From: an uncultured Gammaproteobacteria bacterium | Lineage (GTDB): Bacteria > Pseudomonadota > Gammaproteobacteria > JAURND01 | DNA: 64,000 nucleotides | Reading direction: 5' to 3' | NCBI GenBank assembly: GCA_963714975.1 | Contig: CAVQQD010000002.1 | Span: 519,641-583,640, forward strand | Part shown: positions 53,521 through 62,681 of the stretch, piece by piece | How positions within the stretch are numbered: position 1 is the first letter of the stretch | Layout: each line of letters opens with the position of its first letter | Notes under the pieces: generated by a model | Told to the model about the DNA's origin: nothing | What the model saw: the letters and a program-made list of their open reading frames with translations, nothing else | The model's database searches: none | Position numbers and translations under genes: made by a program

Positions 53521-55186
53521 TAGTTCCTCTCGCTGCAGCTGCTGCTAAATTATCCGGCGCAATATTTAAATATCGTAAAGCGCCTCCCATCACTTGCGCA
53601 AATAGGGGAGCTGACACTTGGGCGCCAAAATGCAAATTCCCTCTGACATCATGCAAAATAACGGCTACGACCAATTGCGGATTGCTTAAGGGTGCAATGC
53701 CGATAAACGAGGAATTATAACGATCTTTTTGGTAACCGTTAGGCCCAGAAATATAAGCCGTTCCTGTTTTGCCGCCAATTTGATAGCCAAAAATGCGGGC
53801 TTGTAAGCCACTTCCCCCCTCAGCGACGGCTTGCAACAGAACTAACATTTGATCGGCTAATGAACGTGTAATCACTCGTTCTCCAGCCGGCGCTTGAGTT
53901 AGTTTCACAAACGTCACGGGCTTTTTTACCCCATGGGCAGCAAGAATGGCATAGGCTTGAGTGAGTTGCAATGCTGTTGCCGATAATCCGTAGCCATAGG
54001 ACATGGTGGCTAAATTAGCTGGGTATTTAATGCGTTCCTTGATTAAGCTACCACTGGCTTCTCCAGGAAAACCACTCGCAGTTCGCTCGCCAAAACCCAT
54101 GCTGCTTAAGAACCGCCACAAATTTTCCGGAGGTAAGGATAAAGTGATTTTAGCAGCGCCAATATTACTGGATTTTTGTAGCACTTGGGTCAAATTAATG
54201 ACGCCGTAATTTTCATGATCCCGAATCACTCGACCACTGATGGACATCCAACCCGGGTGAGTGTCGACCATAGAATTAGGCGTATATTTACCACTGGCGA
54301 GAGCGCTGGCGACGCTGAAGGCTTTCATGGTGGAACCTGGTTCAAATTGATCTGTCACCGCACGATTGCGGTAACGATTATCATGAGCGGAGCGGGCATT
54401 AGGATTGTAAGAGGGCGCATTGGCCATGGCCAAAATTTCTCCGGTATTAACATCCAGCACCACAATCGAGCCAGATTCGGCGTTGAATTTTGGTACAGCG
54501 GTTTGTAATGCGGTATAGGCCAAATATTGAATTCGCGAGTCGATACTTAAACTAAGATCATGTCCTTCTTGCGGCGGACGTAACACTCCAAGATCAGAGA
54601 CAATTTGCCCAAGGCGATCTTTCACCACTTGTCTTTTTCCGACGACCCCTTGTAAATAGTCGTTAAAGGCCAATTCCAATCCCTCTTGCCCTTGATCATC
54701 CACGTTATTAAAACCTAGGATATGTGCAGTAACTTCACCTGAAGGGTAAAAACGCCGATATTCCCGTTGAAAAGCGACGCCGTTAATTTTGAGTGCGGCA
54801 ATTTTGTTGGCTGTTTCAGGAGGAATGCTGCGAGCAAGATAGACAAATTCACGATCTTGATTTTTCCTGATTTTCTGTTCAATTTCTGTCGGGGTAAGCT
54901 TAAGCCAGGCGCCTAATTGTTTTAATTGGGCAGGATTGGCGTCAAAAACTCGCGGATTAGCCCATGCTGAATCCACTGGGGCACTGATGGCCAGAGGGAC
55001 GCCATTTCTGTCAGTCAACATTCCACGATGTGCTGGAATATCAACCACACGTAAGACGCGGGCTTGGCTTTGTTTTAACAAAAAAGTTCGATTAATAATG
55101 CTCAGATCCAACATGCGGCCAATTAAACCGATGGCTCCCAATAACATGAGGATAATGAGCACCAAAAATCGCCACGAGTTTTGCAT
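53504..55186 (-). CDS. ftsI: Peptidoglycan transpeptidase PBP3
   Basis: N-terminal TM; 'STMK' (STxK), 'SSN', 'KTGT' penicillin-binding motifs. Confidence 0.9.
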   Translation of the reverse strand: MQNSWRFLVLIILMLLGAIGLIGRMLDLSIINRTFLLKQSQARVLRVVDIPAHRGMLTDRNGVPLAISAPVDSAWANPRVFDANPAQLKQLGAWLKLTPTEIEQKIRKNQDREFVYLARSIPPETANKIAALKINGVAFQREYRRFYPSGEVTAHILGFNNVDDQGQEGLELAFNDYLQGVVGKRQVVKDRLGQIVSDLGVLRPPQEGHDLSLSIDSRIQYLAYTALQTAVPKFNAESGSIVVLDVNTGEILAMANAPSYNPNARSAHDNRYRNRAVTDQFEPGSTMKAFSVASALASGKYTPNSMVDTHPGWMSISGRVIRDHENYGVINLTQVLQKSSNIGAAKITLSLPPENLWRFLSSMGFGERTASGFPGEASGSLIKERIKYPANLATMSYGYGLSATALQLTQAYAILAAHGVKKPVTFVKLTQAPAGERVITRSLADQMLVLLQAVAEGGSGLQARIFGYQIGGKTGTAYISGPNGYQKDRYNSSFIGIAPLSNPQLVVAVILHDVRGNLHFGAQVSAPLFAQVMGGALRYLNIAPDNLAAAAARGTSDEET

Positions 55187-55197
55187 GGTTTTAACCT

Positions 55198-55560
55198 TCA
55201 GGCTTCATCAGCAGGAGCGTTGCTTGAGCTCTTAATGATCATAATTTTATCGTTGGCAGGTGCGCTCATTTCCAAATGTTGTTGCGCTAAATTTTGGATT
55301 CTTGCTTGCGTGGACCAGGTACTTTCTTCCAGGAGTAAATTTCCCCATTCTTGACGAATTTGGCCTTGAATAGTTTGCGCCATTTGCAATTCCATAAACA
55401 GGCGGCGATTGATATCTGTGGTGTAGACGACGGCCAAGCCCGAGAGCATGACGACAATGGCTAACAGCAAGGTTCCCATGCTGGGTTTGATGAAGAAAAG
55501 GAAATGCTGCTTTTTAAATGGTTCATTGTTTTGTGGTAAAGCTCTTACAGCAGTGTTCAT
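55198..55560 (-). CDS. ftsL: Cell division protein FtsL
   Basis: 120 aa; single TM plus coiled coil; position between rsmH and ftsI. Confidence 0.7.
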   Translation of the reverse strand: MNTAVRALPQNNEPFKKQHFLFFIKPSMGTLLLAIVVMLSGLAVVYTTDINRRLFMELQMAQTIQGQIRQEWGNLLLEESTWSTQARIQNLAQQHLEMSAPANDKIMIIKSSSNAPADEA

Positions 55561-56483
55561 GAGAGTTTCTCCATGGTGTGTAGTTTTGCGCTCCTTGCGC
55601 GGGGGTTAGCTTGTAATTCGCTCTCGCTGGGACGAATAACGCCGTTGATACGTTTTAAACGTCGTAGCGATTGCAGTTGAGCATGAGTTAACGGCAATTC
55701 TCGGGGCACATGCGCGGTGTTGGCGTAAATTTGAAGAAACGCCTTGATGATTTGTTCCTCCAAGGAATGAAAGCTAATCACCAATAAACGCCCGCCGATG
55801 GTTAATGCAGTCAAGCACTGCGGGAGCACTGCCGTTAATTCCTCTAGCTCGTGGTTAATAAAAATTCGAATGGCTTGGAAAGTGCGCGTTGCCGGATGTT
55901 TATTGGGTTCCCAACGTGGGTGTGCCTGCGCCACAATTTCCGCTAATTGCAAAGTGGTGGTGATCGGCGTTAGTTGGCGCGCTTGGGCAATAGCAGTGGC
56001 AATGCGCTTGGCGAAACGCTCTTCGCCATATTCTTTTAATATTTGGCGAATTTCTTGCTCGCTGGCTTGATTGAGCCAGCGAGCTGCATTCATTGTTTGT
56101 GTGGTATCCATACGCATATCTAGAGGTCCGTCTCTAAGAAAGCTAAAACCGCGGTCAGCTTCATCTATTTGTGGTGATGAAACGCCTAAATCCAGCAGGA
56201 TGCCATTGACTCTACCTTCCCAGCCACGTTGGCTGATGTTTTCGCCTAAACTGACGAAAGAACCTGCTTGCATGGAGAAGCGAGGGTCATTCATTAAGCC
56301 GCTTGCTGCGCTAACAGCCTGCGGGTCTTTATCTATTGCCAATAAGCGCCCAGCTGGCCCCAAATGGTTTAGTATCGCTGTGCTATGGCCGCCTCGACCA
56401 AACGTCGCATCGACATAAATGCCATTAGGCTCTATTGCTAAATGCGCAATCACTTCGTCAAGTAATACAGGTCGATGCTTCAT
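55557..56483 (-). CDS. rsmH: 16S rRNA m4C1402 methyltransferase
   Basis: 'YVDATFGRGGHS' SAM-binding motif; 308 aa. Confidence 0.9.
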   Translation of the reverse strand: MKHRPVLLDEVIAHLAIEPNGIYVDATFGRGGHSTAILNHLGPAGRLLAIDKDPQAVSAASGLMNDPRFSMQAGSFVSLGENISQRGWEGRVNGILLDLGVSSPQIDEADRGFSFLRDGPLDMRMDTTQTMNAARWLNQASEQEIRQILKEYGEERFAKRIATAIAQARQLTPITTTLQLAEIVAQAHPRWEPNKHPATRTFQAIRIFINHELEELTAVLPQCLTALTIGGRLLVISFHSLEEQIIKAFLQIYANTAHVPRELPLTHAQLQSLRRLKRINGVIRPSESELQANPRARSAKLHTMEKLS

Positions 56484-56520
56484 AAAAAATGCGTTCGTAG
56501 ATATTTTTATTATTATGTTC

Positions 56521-56976
56521 TTATAACGAAAAAGACTGCAGTTCCGGTGGCGTCAGTTCCTCTTGGGATTCTTCAGACAACCATCCGTCTCGTCCCGACT
56601 GCCAATTTTTCTCGCTCCAAAGCTCAAATTTTTTCCCTTGCCCTACCAAAATGACTTGTTTTTCGAGGTGGGCATAATCACGTAATAAAGTAGGCAATAA
56701 GAATCGACCATTACTATCCAGTTCTATTTCAGTGGCATGTCCAATCAGCAGACGTTGAATTCGTCTGGTGGCTTTATGAAAACTCGGTAGTGCATCGATT
56801 TTTGCTTCAATTAACTCCCATTCGGGGAGTGGATAAAGTAATAAGCAAGCTGCTTGTGTATCGATAGTGAGAATAAGCTGTCCCTTGGATAGGGTTTCCA
56901 GACGAGCACGATAGCGAGCGGGTATCGCTAAACGTCCTTTAGGGTCCAGACTTATTAAGTTTATTCCTCGGAACAC
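56521..56976 (-). CDS. mraZ: Transcriptional regulator MraZ
   Basis: 'MFRGINLISLDPKGRLAIPARYR' duplicated MraZ domain; 151 aa. Confidence 0.9.
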   Translation of the reverse strand: MFRGINLISLDPKGRLAIPARYRARLETLSKGQLILTIDTQAACLLLYPLPEWELIEAKIDALPSFHKATRRIQRLLIGHATEIELDSNGRFLLPTLLRDYAHLEKQVILVGQGKKFELWSEKNWQSGRDGWLSEESQEELTPPELQSFSL

Positions 56977-58322
56977 AACTTTACTCCACTATCACCCACT
57001 TTTCTCCACATTATGGCACTAAATTTCCAAAATGCAAGAAGGTGCGCAATGCGCACCACCCGAATTTCCTTCTCCCCTTGTGGGAGAAGGAATAATGACG
57101 GACAGTCAAGCTCGCTTGATAATCCCCATGTCCCCACAAGACATGCTACGAGTTTTTGGGGAATGGTGATTTTTTTTGGGGGGGGGAAAGACTCTGGGTT
57201 GAGGAGATTTTCCTCCGATCTGGATATAACTTTTGGATCCTTTGGTATTTTAAAAACTTGTTGCGCTTTTTGTTCTTGGATTTGTTGAAATTGTTTTTCT
57301 CGTTCTTCTTCTTCATCATCAGAGTGGTAGGATGCAGCATTACTCATCAGGCTTTCTCTGCTTATGGTAGGGTATACCCCCTTGAAGGTTCGTATATAGG
57401 GGGGGCTGGTAGGATCCTGGTCGATGCGGCGTTGGCTTAGATTTAGATTTGAATCATCCGTCGTTCTTGGTTGCACTTCTGGGGTTTTGGGGATAGGGAG
57501 TGTTTCAAGTAGGGGGATATAGCGTGGTCTCGAGAGCAAAGTTTTATAAGCAATTTCGGCCCCTTCGCCAAACAGGCCATGCGCAAGGCCATAACTTAAA
57601 TCTTTTCCCACTAGACTGAGCCTAGTTTTCCAAGGCAGATGTTCATCAATCTCGGTGGTCGAGATTTTGCATGGCTCGGTGAATTGTGCATAAATACTAT
57701 CGGTAATAATTCGGGCAATGAGTATGGTGATAGAGAGCATCATTAGATAGTGCATTTCTGTGGATAGAGAGTTTGAGCTAATATTTAGTTTTCTTTTAAT
57801 AAACTCGAGAGAAAGTTGCGTAGATTGATAGTCTTTAGCGAGCCAAATTGCAGGAATTGCCGTGACGACAAAATCAAGCGTGTACTCGCTGAGTTTTTTT
57901 TCATAATTTTTATTTTGTAAATAGATTTCCTCATCGGATATACGCGCTAGTTGCGTATGCAGGTCTTTATACTCAGCACTTGCTATAGCAATTTTATAGG
58001 CATTAATAGCCTCAATTTTCCTTTTTCGCTGATGCGCTAATTTGTGCAGGGCATTGTCCTTGTTGAAATAACGATAAAGCGTTTTGAATAAAGAAAGGCA
58101 GGAACCTAGAAAAGGTAAACTAAGATTTAAAATACTATGCAGACCCACGCTAATCCAGGATGCCCACCCTGGTGCTGGGATATTAGCTTGTGCTTCTAGT
58201 TGCGCTTGCTGGTGTGGCTCGGAAAGTTGTGGTTCTTTCCCAGTGGTTGGGGCTTTGGGAACCTCTGGGTCATAGTTATCACTAGAATCAGACCTTGATT
58301 TTTCTTCTTTGATGTTTTCCAA
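56961..58322 (-). CDS. Hypothetical acidic coiled-coil protein (effector-like) containing a repeat element and T8/G9 homopolymer tracts near its 3' end
   Basis: 453-aa uninterrupted ORF; acidic 'SDDEEEEREKQFQQIQEQKAQQ'; TM-like segments; repeat 57062-57097 translated 'SLFLLPQGEKEI'; tract 57170-57186 translated 'PPPKKI'. Confidence 0.45.
   Translation of the reverse strand: MENIKEEKSRSDSSDNYDPEVPKAPTTGKEPQLSEPHQQAQLEAQANIPAPGWASWISVGLHSILNLSLPFLGSCLSLFKTLYRYFNKDNALHKLAHQRKRKIEAINAYKIAIASAEYKDLHTQLARISDEEIYLQNKNYEKKLSEYTLDFVVTAIPAIWLAKDYQSTQLSLEFIKRKLNISSNSLSTEMHYLMMLSITILIARIITDSIYAQFTEPCKISTTEIDEHLPWKTRLSLVGKDLSYGLAHGLFGEGAEIAYKTLLSRPRYIPLLETLPIPKTPEVQPRTTDDSNLNLSQRRIDQDPTSPPYIRTFKGVYPTISRESLMSNAASYHSDDEEEEREKQFQQIQEQKAQQVFKIPKDPKVISRSEENLLNPESFPPPKKITIPQKLVACLVGTWGLSSELDCPSLFLLPQGEKEIRVVRIAHLLAFWKFSAIMWRKVGDSGVKLCSEE
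57062..57097. repeat. Dispersed palindromic element (gggagaagg family) ending GGAGAAGGAATAATG, inside CDS 56961-58322
   Basis: ttccttctccccttgtgggagaaggaataatg, near-identical to 39175-39204. Confidence 0.75.
57170..57186. repeat. Adjacent homopolymers T8 then G9 within a coding region
   Basis: gattttttttgggggggggaaag read directly. Confidence 0.9.
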
Positions 58323-58467
58323 AGTTTTTTCCTATAGATCAGGATGTTACATTAGTGAATTATGCGGCAGTTTAGCTGGTGATTTAAAAAATATCATCAA
58401 TTTGATGGTTTTAGCTTTAATGTTTAGCTAAATAACAACGTAAAGCTCGTTGTCCTGGCATCCTGCA

Positions 58468-58625
58468 GGAAATCCCCTCTCCCCCGCCTGAGCGTCAGCG
58501 AAGGAAGGTGGGAGAGGGTTAGGGAGAGGGGGGTGGTGGATCTGGCTCTGCCCTCATCCGTATGCTTTGCCACATTCATGAGATCCCTCGCTTCGCTCGG
58601 GATGACATCTTTCGCTCGGATGACA
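58468..58625. repeat. Cluster of a gggagaggg-family element and a gtcatcccga-family element upstream of the ankyrin-like ORF
   Basis: tcccctctcccccgcctgagcgtcagcgaaggaaggtgggagagggttagggagaggggggtgg then gccacattcatgagatccctcgcttcgctcgggatgacatctttcgctcggatgacacc. Confidence 0.75.
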
Positions 58626-58733
58626 CCTGGGGGGAGGGAATAAAGCCGAGGCTAAAAAAACATTGGAAAAAAATCCTAATTTTTGGTAAATTATTGCCAT
58701 TCAGATTATTTAAAATTAAGAGGGGTGAGATAT

Positions 58734-60899
58734 ATGGCAGAGCAGCCTGAGCAAAAGCAGGGCGAGAACAAAGAAGAAAATAGTGGGTCAGGGGTGTTTG
58801 AGCTAGTGCTTAATGATTCAGCAACCCCTGGAGGGCCTGAGCCACCAAAGGGGACCACCGATCCGTCTATTATCATTTCTATCGACCCTAACAGCCCAAT
58901 TACACCTCTGAACAAGGATTTCAGGCCTTTGAGGGGTGTGGTTAATCCCGATGCTAATCTGCCTCTTACTGGTAAACTTAAATCCGAAGTTAAAGAAAAA
59001 AAGGAACCTTACCCGGATCTGTTCGAGCACAAATACCCATCATTCTCTTTTTTCCACCCGTCTCATGAGCAACCTACAGAAATAAAAGTCCAGGGGGATG
59101 ACATTGCCTCATTAAAAGCTCTCGCCGAAAAGATTAATAAAGGCGATTGGTACGAGGCAAAGAGTTATGTTGTTAATGGTCAGTGGAAAGATTTACGAGA
59201 TAATCCTGAGCCATTTGTCGCATTTCTAACACAATTTGTAGGCTCGATGGGTAAGTATTCAGCTTCTTTTACTCAGCGCTTGTTACTATTACGTGAGATG
59301 CGGACCAATCTTGTTTTTAGTCCATTCTTTAACTGCCAGGAGAAAAATTATCCTATATTCTATGCAGCATTAGCATCTAACCAAGGAAAAGTAATCGACG
59401 AACTAATACGAGATAATCATAGCGATGTCACAGAATATATTCTTCACTGTGCTGTATATAAAAATAATGTACCTATGTTAGATCATTTGTTTGGAACAGT
59501 GAAACACCAGCGTGATCTGATCCGGAGAGCTTTAAGCATAGCCGTAGAGCATGAAAAAATTCAAGGTTTTGCTAGCCTACTACAAAAATTGGACTTGAAT
59601 TTACCGGAGCATCATCAAATTATCTCGGATCAGGTTTCTAGGATTGCCTTGGGAAATTTACCCCCACGCACGAAAAATAAATTTCAAGTTTTATTGTTGA
59701 AAAAGTTACAAAAAGCTCCTTTTACATCAAGCGATACTAACTTAGCGGGTCAGGCGCCTTCTCCGTTCAAATTGGTTTTAGACTATTTCAAGTCAGATGC
59801 ACCAGCTGATGATTATTGGGATCAAGTGATCCCTTATGTCATGCAATCGCCGGAAGAAGAGAAAAAAAACGGCATGGCCACAGAACACAAAGAGGAATCA
59901 AGTTATCTAAAGATTCCAGCGAAGAAAGAAAGGGCAGGGAAATTACGTTGCAGTCAAGCTCTTGCTGCAGCTGCACAAGCCCCAATTGAGGGTGAACATA
60001 GTTTTTTTGAAAAATTAGTAAAGTATGTGCGTGAGAAAATTGCCATTGAGCTAAATTACCATGAAAACTTTCATATTGTGGGGGGTATACCGGAAGAACT
60101 AGAACGTAAGCCTGGTGTTCTCTATGTTGTACTAGGTTCTTCACAGGTAGAAGTTGCTTCTGCGAAAGCTAAACAAAAAATAGTAATGAAAGATGGGGCG
60201 ATAATCCAAGCTGTAACTGAGATTGTGGGAAATCAAAAGGGTCAAGATGCAATTGGCAATATTATATCAATATGTGGTTTTGTTCCTGATGGTTTTACTA
60301 AAGCTAAGAAAGAACTTATTTCTTACGTCACTGAAGAACTTGACTATGTAATAGAGTCTAGTGCTAATAATTCTGGGTTCCATTTCCTCCCTGATTATGC
60401 CACTCGATTAATGAATGTAAAACAGCAATTGGAAGAAGAATTGGCTCGTGATTGGGATACCGCTCATAGAAAACGCTGGGCAGCTCTAACTGCGGCTTTT
60501 GCCAAAATGGGAAGTTTGCACGATAGATGGCATCATCGTAGAGCGCCTGCTCCTTCGTTCCATGAATTTATGTTGGCTTATCAGGAGATTTTGCAGCGCT
60601 GTGATGCTTTACCAGAATTAATGCAGCGTAAAAAATGGACTAAGTTAGGCTTTTATTGGGGGTTGCCAATAATGTTGGCAATACCAGGAATCTGCATTTT
60701 AGGGATACCGCCTGTTACTGATGCGCTCATGAATTTAGTAAACGCACCTAGTCTTACTACTTTTATTACGTATAACATTTTTCCAGTATATACTTTCCTC
60801 CTTACTGCATATGCCGTGGTAAGGAAATATGTGGAGGAAAATAAATTGTTAGAGGATCCTTTGCTTAGCCAGGCCAAAGCGCTGAGTGCGCCAGGGTGA
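58734..60899 (+). CDS. Large hypothetical protein with ankyrin-like repeats and C-terminal hydrophobic segments (candidate secreted effector)
   Basis: Start 'MAEQPEQKQGENKE' with a GAGGGGTGAG RBS upstream. 'PIFYAALASNQGKVIDELIRDNHSDV', 'YILHCAVYKNNVPMLDHLFG' and 'LIRRALSIAVEHEKIQGFASLLQKLD' fit the ANK pattern. C-terminal TM 'LGFYWGLPIMLAIPGICILGI' and 'ITYNIFPVYTFLLTAYAVV'. Confidence 0.5.
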   Translation: MAEQPEQKQGENKEENSGSGVFELVLNDSATPGGPEPPKGTTDPSIIISIDPNSPITPLNKDFRPLRGVVNPDANLPLTGKLKSEVKEKKEPYPDLFEHKYPSFSFFHPSHEQPTEIKVQGDDIASLKALAEKINKGDWYEAKSYVVNGQWKDLRDNPEPFVAFLTQFVGSMGKYSASFTQRLLLLREMRTNLVFSPFFNCQEKNYPIFYAALASNQGKVIDELIRDNHSDVTEYILHCAVYKNNVPMLDHLFGTVKHQRDLIRRALSIAVEHEKIQGFASLLQKLDLNLPEHHQIISDQVSRIALGNLPPRTKNKFQVLLLKKLQKAPFTSSDTNLAGQAPSPFKLVLDYFKSDAPADDYWDQVIPYVMQSPEEEKKNGMATEHKEESSYLKIPAKKERAGKLRCSQALAAAAQAPIEGEHSFFEKLVKYVREKIAIELNYHENFHIVGGIPEELERKPGVLYVVLGSSQVEVASAKAKQKIVMKDGAIIQAVTEIVGNQKGQDAIGNIISICGFVPDGFTKAKKELISYVTEELDYVIESSANNSGFHFLPDYATRLMNVKQQLEEELARDWDTAHRKRWAALTAAFAKMGSLHDRWHHRRAPAPSFHEFMLAYQEILQRCDALPELMQRKKWTKLGFYWGLPIMLAIPGICILGIPPVTDALMNLVNAPSLTTFITYNIFPVYTFLLTAYAVVRKYVEENKLLEDPLLSQAKALSAPG

Positions 60900-60905
60900 G
60901 GGACT

Positions 60906-61592
60906 TCACAACCCCCAATCAATCTCCTTTTTGCCCATCTGCTGCAGTAACGCATTGGTCCTGGAAAAATGTTTGCAGCCAAAGAAACCCCGATGCGCTG
61001 ATAAGGGTGAGGGATGGGCGGCTTTTAAGATGTAATGCTTGGTTGGATCAATGAGTTCTCCTTTGCGTTGCGCAGGGGATCCCCAAAAAATAAAAATCAA
61101 TCCTGCTTTTTCTGCATTGAGGATTTCAATGACTTTGTTGGTGAAGAGTTCCCAGCCGATCTTGGCATGAGAATGCGGCAGTCCGGCTTCGACGGTTAAG
61201 ATGGTGTTGAGTAATAACACCCCTTGCTTGGCCCATTTTTCTAGGCAACCCTGCTTAGGAATTGGAACGCCCAGATCATTATGCAGTTCCTTAAAAATAT
61301 TTTGTAATGAAGGGGGTGGGGTAATCCCGAGTGGTACGGAAAAACATAGGCCGTGCGCTTGGTTAGGGCCATGGTAAGGGTCTTGGCCGAGAATCACTAC
61401 ATTCACTTCCGCAAACGGGGTGTAGCGAAAGGCATTGAAAATGTCAGAATTTTTCGGGTAAATTTTCTTACCTGTCGCGGCCGCTTTTTTGAGAAAATCG
61501 AGGATCTGCAAAAAATAGGGTTGTTGTTTTTCATCAGCCAGTAAATTTTGCCAGGTTTTATTAGCGAGAACCGCTGTTTTATTGTTATCCAT
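60906..61592 (-). CDS. ung: Uracil-DNA glycosylase
   Basis: Start '[15 protein letters not shown]'; '[18 protein letters not shown]' and '[14 protein letters not shown]' UDG motifs. Confidence 0.9.
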   Translation of the reverse strand: MDNNKTAVLANKTWQNLLADEKQQPYFLQILDFLKKAAATGKKIYPKNSDIFNAFRYTPFAEVNVVILGQDPYHGPNQAHGLCFSVPLGITPPPSLQNIFKELHNDLGVPIPKQGCLEKWAKQGVLLLNTILTVEAGLPHSHAKIGWELFTNKVIEILNAEKAGLIFIFWGSPAQRKGELIDPTKHYILKAAHPSPLSAHRGFFGCKHFSRTNALLQQMGKKEIDWGL

Positions 61593-61603
61593 GGTGACTC
61601 CAA

Positions 61604-62623
61604 ATGTATATTTTAGGCATTGAAACCTCGTGTGACGAAACCGCTGTGGCGATTTACGCGACCGAGGGAGGGTTGTTGGCGCACACATTATATAGTCAAA
61701 TTGATTTACATGCGCAATATGGCGGAGTAGTGCCTGAGCTGGCTTCGCGTGACCACGGGCGCCGCTTGTTGCCACTGGTGCGCCAAGTTCTGAGTGAGGC
61801 CCAGTTAAGCCTGCAACAACTTACCGGCATTGCCTATACCCAAGGCCCTGGATTAATCGGCGCCTTATTAGTGGGTGCTGCCTTTGCTCGTAGTTTAGCT
61901 TGGGCCTTAACTATTCCTTGCTTAGGGGTGCACCATCTGGAAGGGCATTTGTTAGCGCCAATGTTAGAAGCCAAGGCGCCGGTTTTTCCATTTGTAGCGT
62001 TGTTAGTTTCCGGTGGGCATACTTTGTTAGTGGCCGTTGAAGCTTTGGGGCGTTATCAGGTGTTGGGTGAGACTTTGGACGATGCTGTGGGAGAGGCTTT
62101 TGACAAGACGGCAAAATTATTGGGGCTTCCTTATCCTGGCGGGGCGCAGCTGGCGCAGTTGGCTTTGCATGGCAACCTTCAGCGCTTTCATTTTCCTCGA
62201 CCCATGATCGATCGTCCTGGGGTGGAGTTTAGCTTTAGTGGTCTTAAAACTTTTGCGCGTAATACTTTGCAGATGGCGGGCGACGATCCCCAAACTAAAG
62301 CAGATATTGCCTGTGCTTTTCAGCAAGCCATTGTGGATACCTTACGGATTAAATGTCAGCGGGCACTGGCAATGACTGGGATAAACCGGCTGGTGGTGGC
62401 GGGGGGAGTAGGGGCGAATCAAGCTTTGCGTACTGCGTTGCAGAATCACTTAGCTCCACAGGGCGTCGAGTTATTTTTCCCGCGTAAAGAATTTTGCACG
62501 GATAACGCCGCCATGATTGCCTATACCGGCTATCAGCGTTTAAGTGCTGGTCAGCGTGATTTTGGCTTGGAAATCCAGGTCAAACCGCGCTGGCCAATTG
62601 AAGAGTTAGCTGCGGTGGGATAG
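61604..62623 (+). CDS. tsaD: tRNA N6-adenosine threonylcarbamoyltransferase (Kae1/YgjD)
   Basis: '[18 protein letters not shown]', 'GVHHLEGH', '[10 protein letters not shown]'; 339 aa. Confidence 0.9.
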   Translation: MYILGIETSCDETAVAIYATEGGLLAHTLYSQIDLHAQYGGVVPELASRDHGRRLLPLVRQVLSEAQLSLQQLTGIAYTQGPGLIGALLVGAAFARSLAWALTIPCLGVHHLEGHLLAPMLEAKAPVFPFVALLVSGGHTLLVAVEALGRYQVLGETLDDAVGEAFDKTAKLLGLPYPGGAQLAQLALHGNLQRFHFPRPMIDRPGVEFSFSGLKTFARNTLQMAGDDPQTKADIACAFQQAIVDTLRIKCQRALAMTGINRLVVAGGVGANQALRTALQNHLAPQGVELFFPRKEFCTDNAAMIAYTGYQRLSAGQRDFGLEIQVKPRWPIEELAAVG

Positions 62624-62681
62624 AATTCCCGCTCCCCTCTCCCGCTTGCGGGAGAAGGAATTTATTCAACAAGGATCCCCT

